A stretch of 64,000 nucleotides of DNA, taken from NCBI GenBank assembly GCA_964641125.1, contig CAZXMO010000003.1:29756-93755 (forward strand), written 5' to 3'. A model generated the notes under the pieces. That model had not been told where the DNA came from. It did no database searches and saw nothing but the letters and a program-made list of their open reading frames with translations. The position numbers and the translations under genes were made by a program. Below, in pieces: positions 8,191 through 17,928 of this stretch; positions within the stretch are counted from its first letter, which is position 1, and each line of letters opens with the position of its first letter. The stretch is from an uncultured Spirochaetales bacterium (GTDB taxonomy: Bacteria; Spirochaetota; Spirochaetia; SPDA01; CAZSGZ01).

Positions 8191-9965
8191 TGTTCGTTAT
8201 CGGGACCGCCGGTCATGTCGACCACGGGAAGACCGCCCTTATCGAGGCCCTTACCGGAATCAACGCGGACCGTCTGCCGGAGGAAAAGAAGCGGGGAATG
8301 ACCATCGACCTCGGATTCGCCCACTTCTTAGGATCGGAAGGCGAGGAAATCGGAGTTATCGACGTTCCGGGGCACGAGCGGTTTATCCGGAATATGGTCG
8401 CCGGGGCCTGGAGTCTCGATCTCGGTCTCCTGGTTATCGCGGTCGACGACGGATGGATGGATCAAACCGAGGACCACGCGCGGGTCCTCTACGGTATGGG
8501 GGTCCGCCGGGTTGTGTTGGTCCTCACGAAATGCGACCTCGCCGACCGAGACCAGATCGACCTCGTCCGGGAAGATACGGAAGAAAATTTCTTCCGTATC
8601 TTCGAAACCCTCCCCGAAACGGTCGAAACCAGCGCCCTATCCGGAACCGGAATCGACGAGCTCAAAACGACGGTCGTCCGGCTTCTCGCGGAGCCGAAAA
8701 AACGGAGCTTCCTCCCCTTCGCCACCCTCTACGTCGACCGTGTTTTTTCCCTTCAGGGAACGGGAACGGTGGTGACGGGAAGTCTCACAACGGGGAAAAT
8801 TACCTCAGGCGGGGAGGTTACTCTTCTGCCTAGGGGCGCTCGAGCCCGGGTACGTTCGATCCAGTCGTACTACCGGGACACCGATACGGCCCGTCCGGTT
8901 TCCCGGGTCGCCGTCAATCTCCAGGGAATCAAGAAGGAAGAAGTATCCCGGGGCATGTGTCTGACCGATGATCGAGACCGCTTCTGGACCTCGAAAGAGC
9001 TTCTTGTACGTATCCGGGAGTATCCCTCCCGGGAGACTCTTTCCGCAGCAAGCGCTCTGCGCGGGCAGAAGGAGGTCGAGGTCGCCCTCGGGACCTTTAA
9101 CTCCCCCGCCCGGATCTACCGTTTGAACGACGCCTGCGTACGTTTCGTCCTCCGCGAGCCGGCATCCTTTCGCTGGAATCAGCCCCTTATAGTCACCGGA
9201 CACGGGGGAAGCACCCCCCGCGCTTGGGGGCGTGTTCTGTGGGGAGAAAGAGTTTCGAGCGGCCTCAGATCACGTATCGCCGATTTTGCGGCCGCATGCG
9301 ATACTTTGGAGCTCCCCGGCTACACCGTTTTTCATCTCGAAGTCTTCGGGTATGCCCGGGATACTGCAGGCGATTATCCTGAAGCACGAAGAATCGGGGA
9401 ATGGATCCTTCAGGATTCTCTCGTCGAAAAGATCGAGACGGCCGTCCGACGTTCTTCCGAAAAGCCGGGGGGAACGACCCTTCCCGAATTATCAGGAGGT
9501 ATTCCCGAGCTCGGTGAGCTCGAAACTTCGCTCCTAGAGTCGATCGTCGGCGAGATGAAGGCAAAGGGAACACTTGTCGAGCGCACAGGGGTCCTCTTTC
9601 AGCCGGGGAGAGAACGGAGCGAAGTGAGTAAAACGGGGAAGAAAATACTCGAGGCGGCTGCCGATAAAGAGCCGGAGGCGTTCGAGCCGAAGGACCTTTC
9701 TGTGCCCGGATGTCAACAGGAGATCCGCGCTCTAGTTCGGGAAGGGCTCCTCGTCCAGCTCGAGGGAGGGCTCTACTATAGGCCCGAGGCCTACGATTCT
9801 CTGCGGGACAAAATATTGGACGGGCTCGGTTCCGGGGCTTCCTTTACTATACCCGAGGCTAAGGACCGGTCCGGGCTCACCCGTAAATATATCATCCCCC
9901 TTCTCAACCGGATGGAGACGGACAAGCTGGTCCGGAGAGTTGATAATCAGCGTATCGTGCTCTGA
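8190..9965 (+). CDS. selB: Selenocysteine-specific elongation factor SelB
   Basis: GTAGHVDHGKT, DVPGHE and TKCD GTPase motifs, plus a long C-terminal winged-helix region. The start overlaps the selA stop (TGATG). Confidence 0.9.
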   Translation: MFVIGTAGHVDHGKTALIEALTGINADRLPEEKKRGMTIDLGFAHFLGSEGEEIGVIDVPGHERFIRNMVAGAWSLDLGLLVIAVDDGWMDQTEDHARVLYGMGVRRVVLVLTKCDLADRDQIDLVREDTEENFFRIFETLPETVETSALSGTGIDELKTTVVRLLAEPKKRSFLPFATLYVDRVFSLQGTGTVVTGSLTTGKITSGGEVTLLPRGARARVRSIQSYYRDTDTARPVSRVAVNLQGIKKEEVSRGMCLTDDRDRFWTSKELLVRIREYPSRETLSAASALRGQKEVEVALGTFNSPARIYRLNDACVRFVLREPASFRWNQPLIVTGHGGSTPRAWGRVLWGERVSSGLRSRIADFAAACDTLELPGYTVFHLEVFGYARDTAGDYPEARRIGEWILQDSLVEKIETAVRRSSEKPGGTTLPELSGGIPELGELETSLLESIVGEMKAKGTLVERTGVLFQPGRERSEVSKTGKKILEAAADKEPEAFEPKDLSVPGCQQEIRALVREGLLVQLEGGLYYRPEAYDSLRDKILDGLGSGASFTIPEAKDRSGLTRKYIIPLLNRMETDKLVRRVDNQRIVL

Positions 9966-11101
9966 TCGGCGGGAATGTTTCTTCTCCGTATCCACACGAA
10001 AAGACCCGCCGCCACCGCCGCAATCACGAAGAGATTGAATACATAGGACCGCTCGATTCCGAAAGATGAAGCGAGCACCCCGAGAAGAAGCGGAAAGAGC
10101 ATTCCTCCCAGCGAAAGGCAGGCGAAGAGAATCCCGGTTACCGCACCCGGCTGTTTCGGGTATTCCTCCGCCCCCTTGGCCATCACCAGCGGGAACACCG
10201 GAGCAATGCCGAGACCGTAGATGAGGCAGAAGATAACCTTGACCGGTATGCTCGGAACAACGATAAAGATGATCAGACTGATGAACCCGGTCAAGAGCCC
10301 GATAAAGAGAAGGTTCTTGCTCTTGATCCTCCGTATTATCCAGCTCGACGAAAGCCTTCCCGTCAAGACCCCGGCGAGGTAGATCCCAACAATGGCGCTG
10401 GAGAGCCTCATGCTGACCTCGAGCTCGGTTTTGAAATACTCCGCAAGCCAGTAGGAGAATCCCAAGTCCAAGGAGACCGAGAGAAATATCAGCACCGCCG
10501 CGAGGATGATATTCGGATTTTTTAGTATTTCTTTTATCGGCCGATGCCCCGACCGCTCCGTAGAGGCATCGGGAATCCGGGAAAAGACTATAGCCGGGAT
10601 CAGGAGGAAGGCGATACCCGCCGTCTGAACGAAGGGCCATCTCCAGGAAAGTCCGACGGTAAAGTTGAGGGCCACCAGGAGAGGCGCGGTGAAACTGCCC
10701 AAAGCGGCGAAGAAGGTCTGAATGGAGAGATACCTCGCCCGGTTATGGGGAAACATGTCGAGCATTATGCTCTGCCCCACCGCTCCGATGGGGCTTCCGA
10801 AGAGGCTGAAAGCGAAAACGATAATGCAGATAACGATGTATGTCGGCGCGAAACCCATCGTAATGAGCCCGAGCCCGAGTAATCCTGAAAATCCGGCGTA
10901 GAGAAGTTTTCGGTTCGCGTAATCGGTAGCGATCCCTCCGACGGTCGTGCCGAACAGTGATCCCAGGGACAGGAGGGTAAAGAAGAGCCCCGCCTGAGGA
11001 TAGGTGATTCCCAGATCGTCCACGATACCGGGAACGGACGGCCCGAGAAGGCCTATCACCATGACCCATAAAAAATTGGACGCGAAAGATATGTACGGCA
11101 C
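9947..11101 (-). CDS. MFS transporter
   Basis: 384 aa, about 12 predicted TM helices, typical MFS loop pattern. Substrate unknown. Confidence 0.7.
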   Translation of the reverse strand: MPYISFASNFLWVMVIGLLGPSVPGIVDDLGITYPQAGLFFTLLSLGSLFGTTVGGIATDYANRKLLYAGFSGLLGLGLITMGFAPTYIVICIIVFAFSLFGSPIGAVGQSIMLDMFPHNRARYLSIQTFFAALGSFTAPLLVALNFTVGLSWRWPFVQTAGIAFLLIPAIVFSRIPDASTERSGHRPIKEILKNPNIILAAVLIFLSVSLDLGFSYWLAEYFKTELEVSMRLSSAIVGIYLAGVLTGRLSSSWIIRRIKSKNLLFIGLLTGFISLIIFIVVPSIPVKVIFCLIYGLGIAPVFPLVMAKGAEEYPKQPGAVTGILFACLSLGGMLFPLLLGVLASSFGIERSYVFNLFVIAAVAAGLFVWIRRRNIPADQSTIR

Positions 11102-11108
11102 CCGAATT

Positions 11109-11903
11109 CTACTTCCCTATATGGCTCATGGCCTGCTTTACGGACCACCCCTCATGGACGAGTCCGCACATGGCTTCCACTACCGCCTGTGTATTCCCGT
11201 GCTGCCAGATGTTCCTTCCGATGGCGATTCCCTTCGCCCCCGCCTGCATCGAATAATAGACATCGGTGAAGACGTCCTCGATGCTGTCGGTCTTCTCGCC
11301 GCCGAGGATCACGATGGGTATCGGACACCCCTCCACCACTTCCCGGAAGCTCTCGGGACTTCCCGTATAGTAGGTCTTCACCAGATCGGCGCCGATCTCC
11401 ATCGCCGCCCGGGCGGCAATCTTGACTCCCTTGACATCGGTGGAGGATAAATCCTTTCCCTTGGCCATCGCCTCGATCATAAGGGGAATACCCCACCGAG
11501 AACAGGCGTCGGCGACGAGACTGCCGTTTCGAATAAACTCACCTTCCCTGGGATGACCGAACTTGACCGTTACCGCGGCTCCGGCGGCGCCGTATTCGAG
11601 AGCTTTTTCCGGCGAGGTTATGAGCTCTTCTTCGAACATGCCGCCTAAGACGGTAAATCCGCCGGTCAACCGGAGGACCAATGATGTGCTCCTGTCCCAC
11701 GCTCCTTCCGCCGCCGATGCGAATCCCCGGGTGGTTAGAATGCAGTCCGCGCCTCCGGTTACGCAGTCCCGCACCAACCCCGCGGGGTCGTTTATCCCTT
11801 CCATGGGCCCTGCGATACCGCCGTGATCTATTGCCACACACACGCAGTTGCCGGTGTCCTTCCTGAAGAGGGAGTTGTACCGTATTTCTTTTCCTAGGTT
11901 CAT
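11109..11903 (-). CDS. Class I aldolase of the DeoC/FbaB/LsrF family
   Basis: 264 aa TIM-barrel pattern: VAIDHG…, Schiff-base Lys context DLVKTYYTG, IVILGG. Resembles LsrF / 2-amino-3,7-dideoxyheptulosonate synthase-type aldolases. Confidence 0.65.
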   Translation of the reverse strand: MNLGKEIRYNSLFRKDTGNCVCVAIDHGGIAGPMEGINDPAGLVRDCVTGGADCILTTRGFASAAEGAWDRSTSLVLRLTGGFTVLGGMFEEELITSPEKALEYGAAGAAVTVKFGHPREGEFIRNGSLVADACSRWGIPLMIEAMAKGKDLSSTDVKGVKIAARAAMEIGADLVKTYYTGSPESFREVVEGCPIPIVILGGEKTDSIEDVFTDVYYSMQAGAKGIAIGRNIWQHGNTQAVVEAMCGLVHEGWSVKQAMSHIGK

Positions 11904-11912
11904 CGTTTCTCC

Positions 11913-13352
11913 TTATTCCTTGACTTTTTTTATCCGTGAGAGCTTTTCGAAAATGTTCTTGAGCCCGCCGTAGGCTTCACGGTAGAGCTCGAAATACTCG
12001 CTGTATAGGGAATAGGCTGCAGGATCCGGTTCGAGGGTTTCCCGGAAGCGCACCGTTTCCTCCGCCGCTTCCGCTAACGACGAGAATCTGCCGAGGCCCG
12101 CTAAGGCGAAGCAGAGGTCTCCGATTAACTCCGAATCGGAGGTTTCCGGGACCAATATCCTCTTTCCCGTGATGTCCGCTTTTATCTGGTTCCACACACG
12201 GCTCTTCGCCTGACTCCCGGTGATCCTCAGCTCCTCAGCTTCGAGCCCGTTCTCCTCCATTGCTTCGAGAACGTGCCGTATGGCATATCCCACCGATTCG
12301 ACTACCGCCCGGGTCATCTCTCTCCTGCCGTGCTGCAGCGAAAGCCCGATAAAACACCCCCGGGCCGCCGGATCCCAGAGGGGGGCACGTTCTCCGGCGA
12401 GATACGGGAGGAATATCAAGCCGGCCCCGGCAGGAGCCGTATCGGCCACTTCGATGAATATATCCTCGTAGCTTATATTTTTGCGTCCTGTTATCTCCTT
12501 GAACCACTGGAGCGCCTTTCCGGAGGTGGCCACCGGTCCCGAAATATTGTACAGCCCCTCCACGACGTGGCTCATACACAGGAGCCGGTCGTCACGGATG
12601 AGGGTCTCGGTACACAGGTTTATCCCCTCGGAGGTGCCCGCGCGGTCGCATGCCCTCCCGGGGACGGTTGTCGCGGTCCCTATCAACGAGGCGGCGAAAT
12701 CGGGTCCGCAGGCGAATACCGGAACATCCGCGGGCAGTCCGAAGAGCTCCCCCGCCGTGCGGGTGGTCTTTCCCGCTTGAGTACCCGGTTTTATAAAGCC
12801 GGGAAACTTGTCCGGGTCCATTCCCAGACCTAAGGTCTGCTCCTCGGTCCAGATATAGGGTCTATACTCCGGTACCGGGAGGACCACCGATCGGTTCCCG
12901 GTCAAGAGATAGGTTATATACTCGGGACAGGAAGAAAAGAATACGGTCTTACCGTAGATACCGGGACGATTACGGAAGATCCAATATGCCTTAGGAAGAT
13001 AAAACATGGGATCGATATAGATTCCGGCCCGTTCGGAGATCTCCTTCGATTCATCGACCCCCCTCCTGTCGAGCCAGGTCATGGCGTTATCCAGGGGCAT
13101 ATCATCGGGTCCGACCGGTACGAGGGTCGGCCCGTTTCCGCTGACGGCGACCGCCTCGAGTTCTCGGGTATTCAACTCCGCGGCACAACGGCTCAATGCC
13201 GTTATCCATTGCCGGCCGTCCACCTCGTGATACGATGAATTATCGGAGACGGCGAGGGAAATTTCCACGCTCGCCGTGGAGAGGCAATTTCCTCCAAGGT
13301 CGTACAGGGAAGTCTTTAATACCGTCGTTCCGATATCGATTACGAGAATCAT
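11913..13352 (-). CDS. FGGY-family carbohydrate kinase (xylulokinase/LsrK-like)
   Basis: N-terminal ILVIDIGTT (actin-fold ATPase phosphate-1), 479 aa, FGGY C-domain pattern (…GGxA…LW.Q…). Confidence 0.75.
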   Translation of the reverse strand: MILVIDIGTTVLKTSLYDLGGNCLSTASVEISLAVSDNSSYHEVDGRQWITALSRCAAELNTRELEAVAVSGNGPTLVPVGPDDMPLDNAMTWLDRRGVDESKEISERAGIYIDPMFYLPKAYWIFRNRPGIYGKTVFFSSCPEYITYLLTGNRSVVLPVPEYRPYIWTEEQTLGLGMDPDKFPGFIKPGTQAGKTTRTAGELFGLPADVPVFACGPDFAASLIGTATTVPGRACDRAGTSEGINLCTETLIRDDRLLCMSHVVEGLYNISGPVATSGKALQWFKEITGRKNISYEDIFIEVADTAPAGAGLIFLPYLAGERAPLWDPAARGCFIGLSLQHGRREMTRAVVESVGYAIRHVLEAMEENGLEAEELRITGSQAKSRVWNQIKADITGKRILVPETSDSELIGDLCFALAGLGRFSSLAEAAEETVRFRETLEPDPAAYSLYSEYFELYREAYGGLKNIFEKLSRIKKVKE

Positions 13353-14371
13353 AGCTCATGCTCGAGGAGTACCCGGTAGGTATCCGTGCTCATGGCATCG
13401 GTTATACCCTTTTCGATTTCCGAAAAAGCCACCGTCTCGGAGATCAGGGGCTCCACATCAATCTTCCCGAAACCGATCAGCCGGACGGCCTGAAGAAAAT
13501 CGTGTTCGGTCCTCCCCTCGCTCCCGGTCACTAAGACCTCGTTCCGGTGAAGGGTATTCGCGTCGATGGGAAAGGGAAGCTTTTCGTTGTAGGAGGTGTA
13601 GATGTTGAGCCTCCCGACCTTTCCGACGGCGTCGAAACCGTTCTCGAGGGCCGCCGGTGCCGGTGAGGTGATGATACAGACGTCGGCGCCTCTTCCGTCG
13701 GTCTCCTCTTTGAGCACCGCCGCCGGGTCTTCCCGGGTCGGATCGATTGCTCGGTAGGCCCCGAGCTTTTCGGCCAATGCAAGCCTGTCGGTATCGGGAT
13801 CGGAAACAAACACCCTCGCCCCCATGCATAGGGCCGTCAGCTGATGCATGATCCCCATCGGTCCCGCACCCACTATCAAAACATCCTCGGCCAAAGCCAG
13901 ATCCACCTTCTTGAGACTCCTGATGCAGCATGCCACCGGTTCCGAAAAGGCGGCCGCCCGGAAGCTCATCGAATCGGGGATGGGATAGATCTGTGACCCC
14001 CTGACCGTGATGTATTCGCCGAAACCTCCCAAGACCTTCTGCCCCTTCTTGAAGCGGTTCGCGCACATGTTCGACTGCCCGGTCCGGCAGTAGTAGCACT
14101 CACCGCACCGGGTCACCAGATCGACGGCGACCCGGGTACCCGGCGCATACTGCCCGATGACCGCCGACCCGGTCTCTACGACCTCTCCCGAAGCCTCATG
14201 ACCCGGGATAATCGGGTAGTAGATCTTCATGTCTCCCCTATAGAGACGCTGCTCCAGGGTGCAGATGCCGCAATTCTTGAGCTTTACCAATACCTCGTTA
14301 TCGGTGACCGCGGGGGTGTCCACCTCCCGCACCTCGATTTTTTTGACCTCCGTAAGGACTGCCGCTTTCAT
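13349..14371 (-). CDS. Zinc-dependent medium-chain alcohol/polyol dehydrogenase
   Basis: GHEASGEVVETG zinc motif and Rossmann VGAGPMG. I prefer ATG 14371 (MKAAVL…), which has an AAGGAG RBS and an ATGA overlap with the upstream permease stop, over the longer track ORF. Confidence 0.8.
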   Translation of the reverse strand: MKAAVLTEVKKIEVREVDTPAVTDNEVLVKLKNCGICTLEQRLYRGDMKIYYPIIPGHEASGEVVETGSAVIGQYAPGTRVAVDLVTRCGECYYCRTGQSNMCANRFKKGQKVLGGFGEYITVRGSQIYPIPDSMSFRAAAFSEPVACCIRSLKKVDLALAEDVLIVGAGPMGIMHQLTALCMGARVFVSDPDTDRLALAEKLGAYRAIDPTREDPAAVLKEETDGRGADVCIITSPAPAALENGFDAVGKVGRLNIYTSYNEKLPFPIDANTLHRNEVLVTGSEGRTEHDFLQAVRLIGFGKIDVEPLISETVAFSEIEKGITDAMSTDTYRVLLEHEL

Positions 14372-15279
14372 GATCTCTGCTCCTTCTTGTAGTATTTCCA
14401 AATGCTGAACCCGATCATCGCAATAACCGTAATTATATAGGGGAAAGCGAGGATAAAATCAGCGGGGATATTGATCGCCCCCTGAGCGAAGTTGGATATG
14501 CTTTCGGCGAAACCGAACACCAGAGAGGCGATGAGGATGCCGTAGGGGTTCTTGTTCCCCAGGTAGATTGCCACGAGGGCTATCCAGCCCCTTCCCGCGG
14601 TGATCTCCGGCACGAAGGCGCCCATGTTGAGGGTAAGCAGCGCTCCGGCCAATCCGCAGGTAAACCCGGATATCAGTATGCCGTAGAGCTGGTAACGCCG
14701 GGGCTTGAGTCCGAGGGATGTAATCGTCTCCGGGCTCAAGCCCGTCCCCCGGATCCTCAACCCGAAAGGAGTCCTGTATATGACGACCGCGGCGAGGACC
14801 ACCACGAGCCAGCTCAAGTACACGAAGACGTTGTGGCCGAAGAAGATATCGCCGAGTACCGGTATCTTCTGGATCGCGGGAACCGTCAGCTCAGGGAGCC
14901 GGGGGAGATTCTCGAAACGTACGACTCCCTTGTTTCCGAAGATCTGAAAAGCAAGGACCACCGTAATGCCTGCGGCGAAGAGATTGGTGGCGAGCCCGGT
15001 AATAAATATATTCGCCTTCAAGTAGAGGCTCACTGCCCCGAAGATATAGGCCATGATGAGGGCGGCGAGGATTCCTAAGAGTATTCCCAACAGAAGGCTT
15101 CCCGTAGCGGCAACAAAGACGACGCTGAAGAATGCCCCGATGAGCATGAGCCCCTCTAAGGCTATGTTGAGCATCCCGGCGAGCTCGGTAAAGAGCCCGC
15201 CTATAGCCGCAAGAAGGAAGGGGGTCATGATCCCGATAGTGTTATGGAGTAAGGGTATTGCGAAGGATGAATTGTTCAT
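14368..15279 (-). CDS. ABC transporter permease (BMP/nucleoside-type, second permease)
   Basis: 303 aa polytopic protein whose reading frame overlaps its neighbours. It is paired with a BMP-family binding protein. Confidence 0.75.
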   Translation of the reverse strand: MNNSSFAIPLLHNTIGIMTPFLLAAIGGLFTELAGMLNIALEGLMLIGAFFSVVFVAATGSLLLGILLGILAALIMAYIFGAVSLYLKANIFITGLATNLFAAGITVVLAFQIFGNKGVVRFENLPRLPELTVPAIQKIPVLGDIFFGHNVFVYLSWLVVVLAAVVIYRTPFGLRIRGTGLSPETITSLGLKPRRYQLYGILISGFTCGLAGALLTLNMGAFVPEITAGRGWIALVAIYLGNKNPYGILIASLVFGFAESISNFAQGAINIPADFILAFPYIITVIAMIGFSIWKYYKKEQRS

Positions 15280-16325
15280 ACGACCGCTTTCCTCCTCGAT
15301 TGAAACAGGGTGTAGAGGGCCTGGGCGGTGACTAAGTAGAATATAATCGATTGAGCCACCGCGGCTATTTCGAAGGTCACATCGGAATGGAGCATAGCCG
15401 CCTTCGCTCCGGCGTCGAGATAGGCGAAGAACAGCGCCGCGGGGATTACAGCCACGGGATTGTTCTTAGCGATCAGGGCCACGGCGATTCCGTTCCAGCC
15501 CATGCCGCCGGTCATCCCCTTAAGAGCACGGTAATGGGTTCCGAGCACCGTCACCCCTCCCGCGACCCCGTGAAGACCCCCGCTTATCACCATGGGGAGC
15601 ACGAGATACTTAGAGACGCTTATTCCTCCGTACCGGGCGAAGTTACGGTTGATGCCGCACATCCTCATCTCGTACCCCCAATGGGACTTATTCATGAAAA
15701 AGTAGACAGCTCCCGCGGTGAGGACAGCGAAGACGATGCTTATATCGAGCTTCGAAGGCTTGAAAATCTGGAGGAGTCTGTACTGTTCACCTATCGCCCT
15801 GGTCGCGAGAAGGTTGTTCTCCGGATCGTCGAGGGGCCCGGTAATAAAATAGTTGACGATCAGGATCACCGCGGAAGAGATCAGGAATGACGATATGAGC
15901 TCGTCGGTCCCCCACTTCATCCTGAAGAAACCCGACAATCCGGCGAGGAGCGCTCCCGCCGCGCACGCCGTAATAATCGCTAGGATTCCGCCGGCATATC
16001 CGTTCGCCCCGGGCAGGTACAGACAGATTACCGTGGTAATCAGCGCCCCCGTATATGCCTGTCCCTCTCCTCCGAGATTGAAGACCGCCGACTTGAAGGC
16101 CACGGCTATACCGAGTCCCGTAAAGATGAGAGGTGTGGCGACATTGAGCATATTTCCGAAATAGTAGGGATTAGTGAAGGGGCCGACGAAAAAGTAGTAA
16201 ATCGTTCTTCCCGGAGACTTGCTCAAAAAGAAGATAAGGAGGATGACGAAGACGAAAGAGATTATGAGAGTCAGCGTCAGCCCGAGAGTGTTGCTAAAGA
16301 TGTCGGTGAGTTTTCGTTTTCTCAT
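15276..16325 (-). CDS. ABC transporter permease (BMP/nucleoside-type, first permease)
   Basis: 349 aa polytopic protein with 4-nt overlaps on both sides. Confidence 0.75.
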   Translation of the reverse strand: MRKRKLTDIFSNTLGLTLTLIISFVFVILLIFFLSKSPGRTIYYFFVGPFTNPYYFGNMLNVATPLIFTGLGIAVAFKSAVFNLGGEGQAYTGALITTVICLYLPGANGYAGGILAIITACAAGALLAGLSGFFRMKWGTDELISSFLISSAVILIVNYFITGPLDDPENNLLATRAIGEQYRLLQIFKPSKLDISIVFAVLTAGAVYFFMNKSHWGYEMRMCGINRNFARYGGISVSKYLVLPMVISGGLHGVAGGVTVLGTHYRALKGMTGGMGWNGIAVALIAKNNPVAVIPAALFFAYLDAGAKAAMLHSDVTFEIAAVAQSIIFYLVTAQALYTLFQSRRKAVV

Positions 16326-17884
16326 GTTTCCCCGTCCTCATATTCGGTTTCGCCGTAGTCGTCACGGATGCCGAGCATGTATTCTCCTATGAGCTCCTTG
16401 GACATATCGGAATCATTGGCCCGCCTGCATACCACCCGTCCCCGATACATGACGACGATGGTGTCCGCAATGCCGAGGATCTCATCGAGATTCGAAGATA
16501 TCATAAGGACCCCGCACCCCCGTTCTCTCAGCTCGAGAATCTTTTCGTACACGAACTGACTGCTCGCAACGTCCAGTCCCCAGGTCGGTTCCGAAAAAAC
16601 GATGAAATCGGTCCGTGTTGCCAGCTCCCGGGCGAGGATTACCTTCTGAATATTTCCTCCCGATAAGGTCCCGATGGGAGCCGAAGAGGTCCCGTCGATG
16701 GAGAACTGCTCGATGAGGGAATCGGTGAAATCCTGAACGTCCTTACCCCGGATAATTCCTCCCCGAATAAAATCGTGATGCCGGGAGATCATGATGTTCT
16801 CCCTGACCGAGGCGACGGAGCTCGAACCCCTCTGCAGCCGGTCGGCGGGGACATAGGCAAGCCCCCGTTCTCTGAGATCGAGGGTGGGCAATCCCGTTAC
16901 GTCTTCTCCTCCGAATATGTACCGGCCGGAGTCGGCCCTTCTCAGTCCCGTGACGACGTCTTCGAGCTCACCTAAGCCGTTACCGCCCACTCCCGCGACC
17001 CCTAGGACCTCACAAGAACGTACGGTGAGGTTGACTCCGTCGAGCAAGGGTCTGCCATGACCGAATTGACGGAGGGTGATATCCTCAAGCTCGACGACGG
17101 GGGTGCCGCAGGCCTTCTTCTCTTTCCTGATCTGAAACAGGACCTCCCGGCCGACCATAAGCTTGGAGAGCTCCTTTTCCGAGACCTCCGAGGTTTTTTT
17201 GAGGGCGACTACCCTTCCCTTCCGCATGACGGTGACTCTGTCGGAGATACGTTTTACCTCGCCGAGCTTGTGGGTGATGATAATTATAGTCTTTCCCTGG
17301 GACCGCAGTCGCCGGAGAGTATCGAACAACGCCTCTATTTCCTGCTCTGTGAGGACCGAGGTCGGTTCGTCAAGGATGAGGAGATCCACCTTCCTGTAGA
17401 GCATCTTGACGATCTCCACCTGCTGCATCTGCCCGACCGTCAGGCTTTCAACCCGTTTTCGGGCATCGATGCTGAAACCGTGGTTCTCGATCACCTCCCC
17501 GACCCGCTTCCGGGACTCCTGTCTGTTGATAAAAAGCCCCCGTTTGACCGGCTCGATACCGAGGACGACATTCTCCGCGACGCTAAACTCCGGTACCAGC
17601 TTGAAATGCTGATGGACCATTCCTATACCGAGATTATTCGCATCCAAGGGGGTGCGAATTTCCCGTTCCTCACCGTCGAGGAAAATTTTTCCCCCGTCAG
17701 GATGCTCGAGTCCGTAGAGAACCTTCATGAGGGTTGATTTTCCCGCTCCGTTCTCTCCGACTATGGCATGAATCTCCTGAGGGTTAACCTCCAGAGTAAC
17801 CGAATCGTTCGCCTTGAGCTCTTTCTGCCGGTAAATTTTCGTTATGTCTTCCATCCGCAGATACGGTCTCATAGGTTTCTCCAA
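16322..17884 (-). CDS. ABC transporter ATP-binding protein with duplicated ATPase domains
   Basis: Walker A GENGAGKST, LSGGNIQK-type signature, and two nucleotide-binding domains in 520 aa, as in sugar/nucleoside importers. Confidence 0.85.
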   Translation of the reverse strand: MEKPMRPYLRMEDITKIYRQKELKANDSVTLEVNPQEIHAIVGENGAGKSTLMKVLYGLEHPDGGKIFLDGEEREIRTPLDANNLGIGMVHQHFKLVPEFSVAENVVLGIEPVKRGLFINRQESRKRVGEVIENHGFSIDARKRVESLTVGQMQQVEIVKMLYRKVDLLILDEPTSVLTEQEIEALFDTLRRLRSQGKTIIIITHKLGEVKRISDRVTVMRKGRVVALKKTSEVSEKELSKLMVGREVLFQIRKEKKACGTPVVELEDITLRQFGHGRPLLDGVNLTVRSCEVLGVAGVGGNGLGELEDVVTGLRRADSGRYIFGGEDVTGLPTLDLRERGLAYVPADRLQRGSSSVASVRENIMISRHHDFIRGGIIRGKDVQDFTDSLIEQFSIDGTSSAPIGTLSGGNIQKVILARELATRTDFIVFSEPTWGLDVASSQFVYEKILELRERGCGVLMISSNLDEILGIADTIVVMYRGRVVCRRANDSDMSKELIGEYMLGIRDDYGETEYEDGET

Positions 17885-17928
17885 ATACCTTCGGGGGACG
17901 AGCCCCCGAAGGTTTGTAAAGGGTTTCT

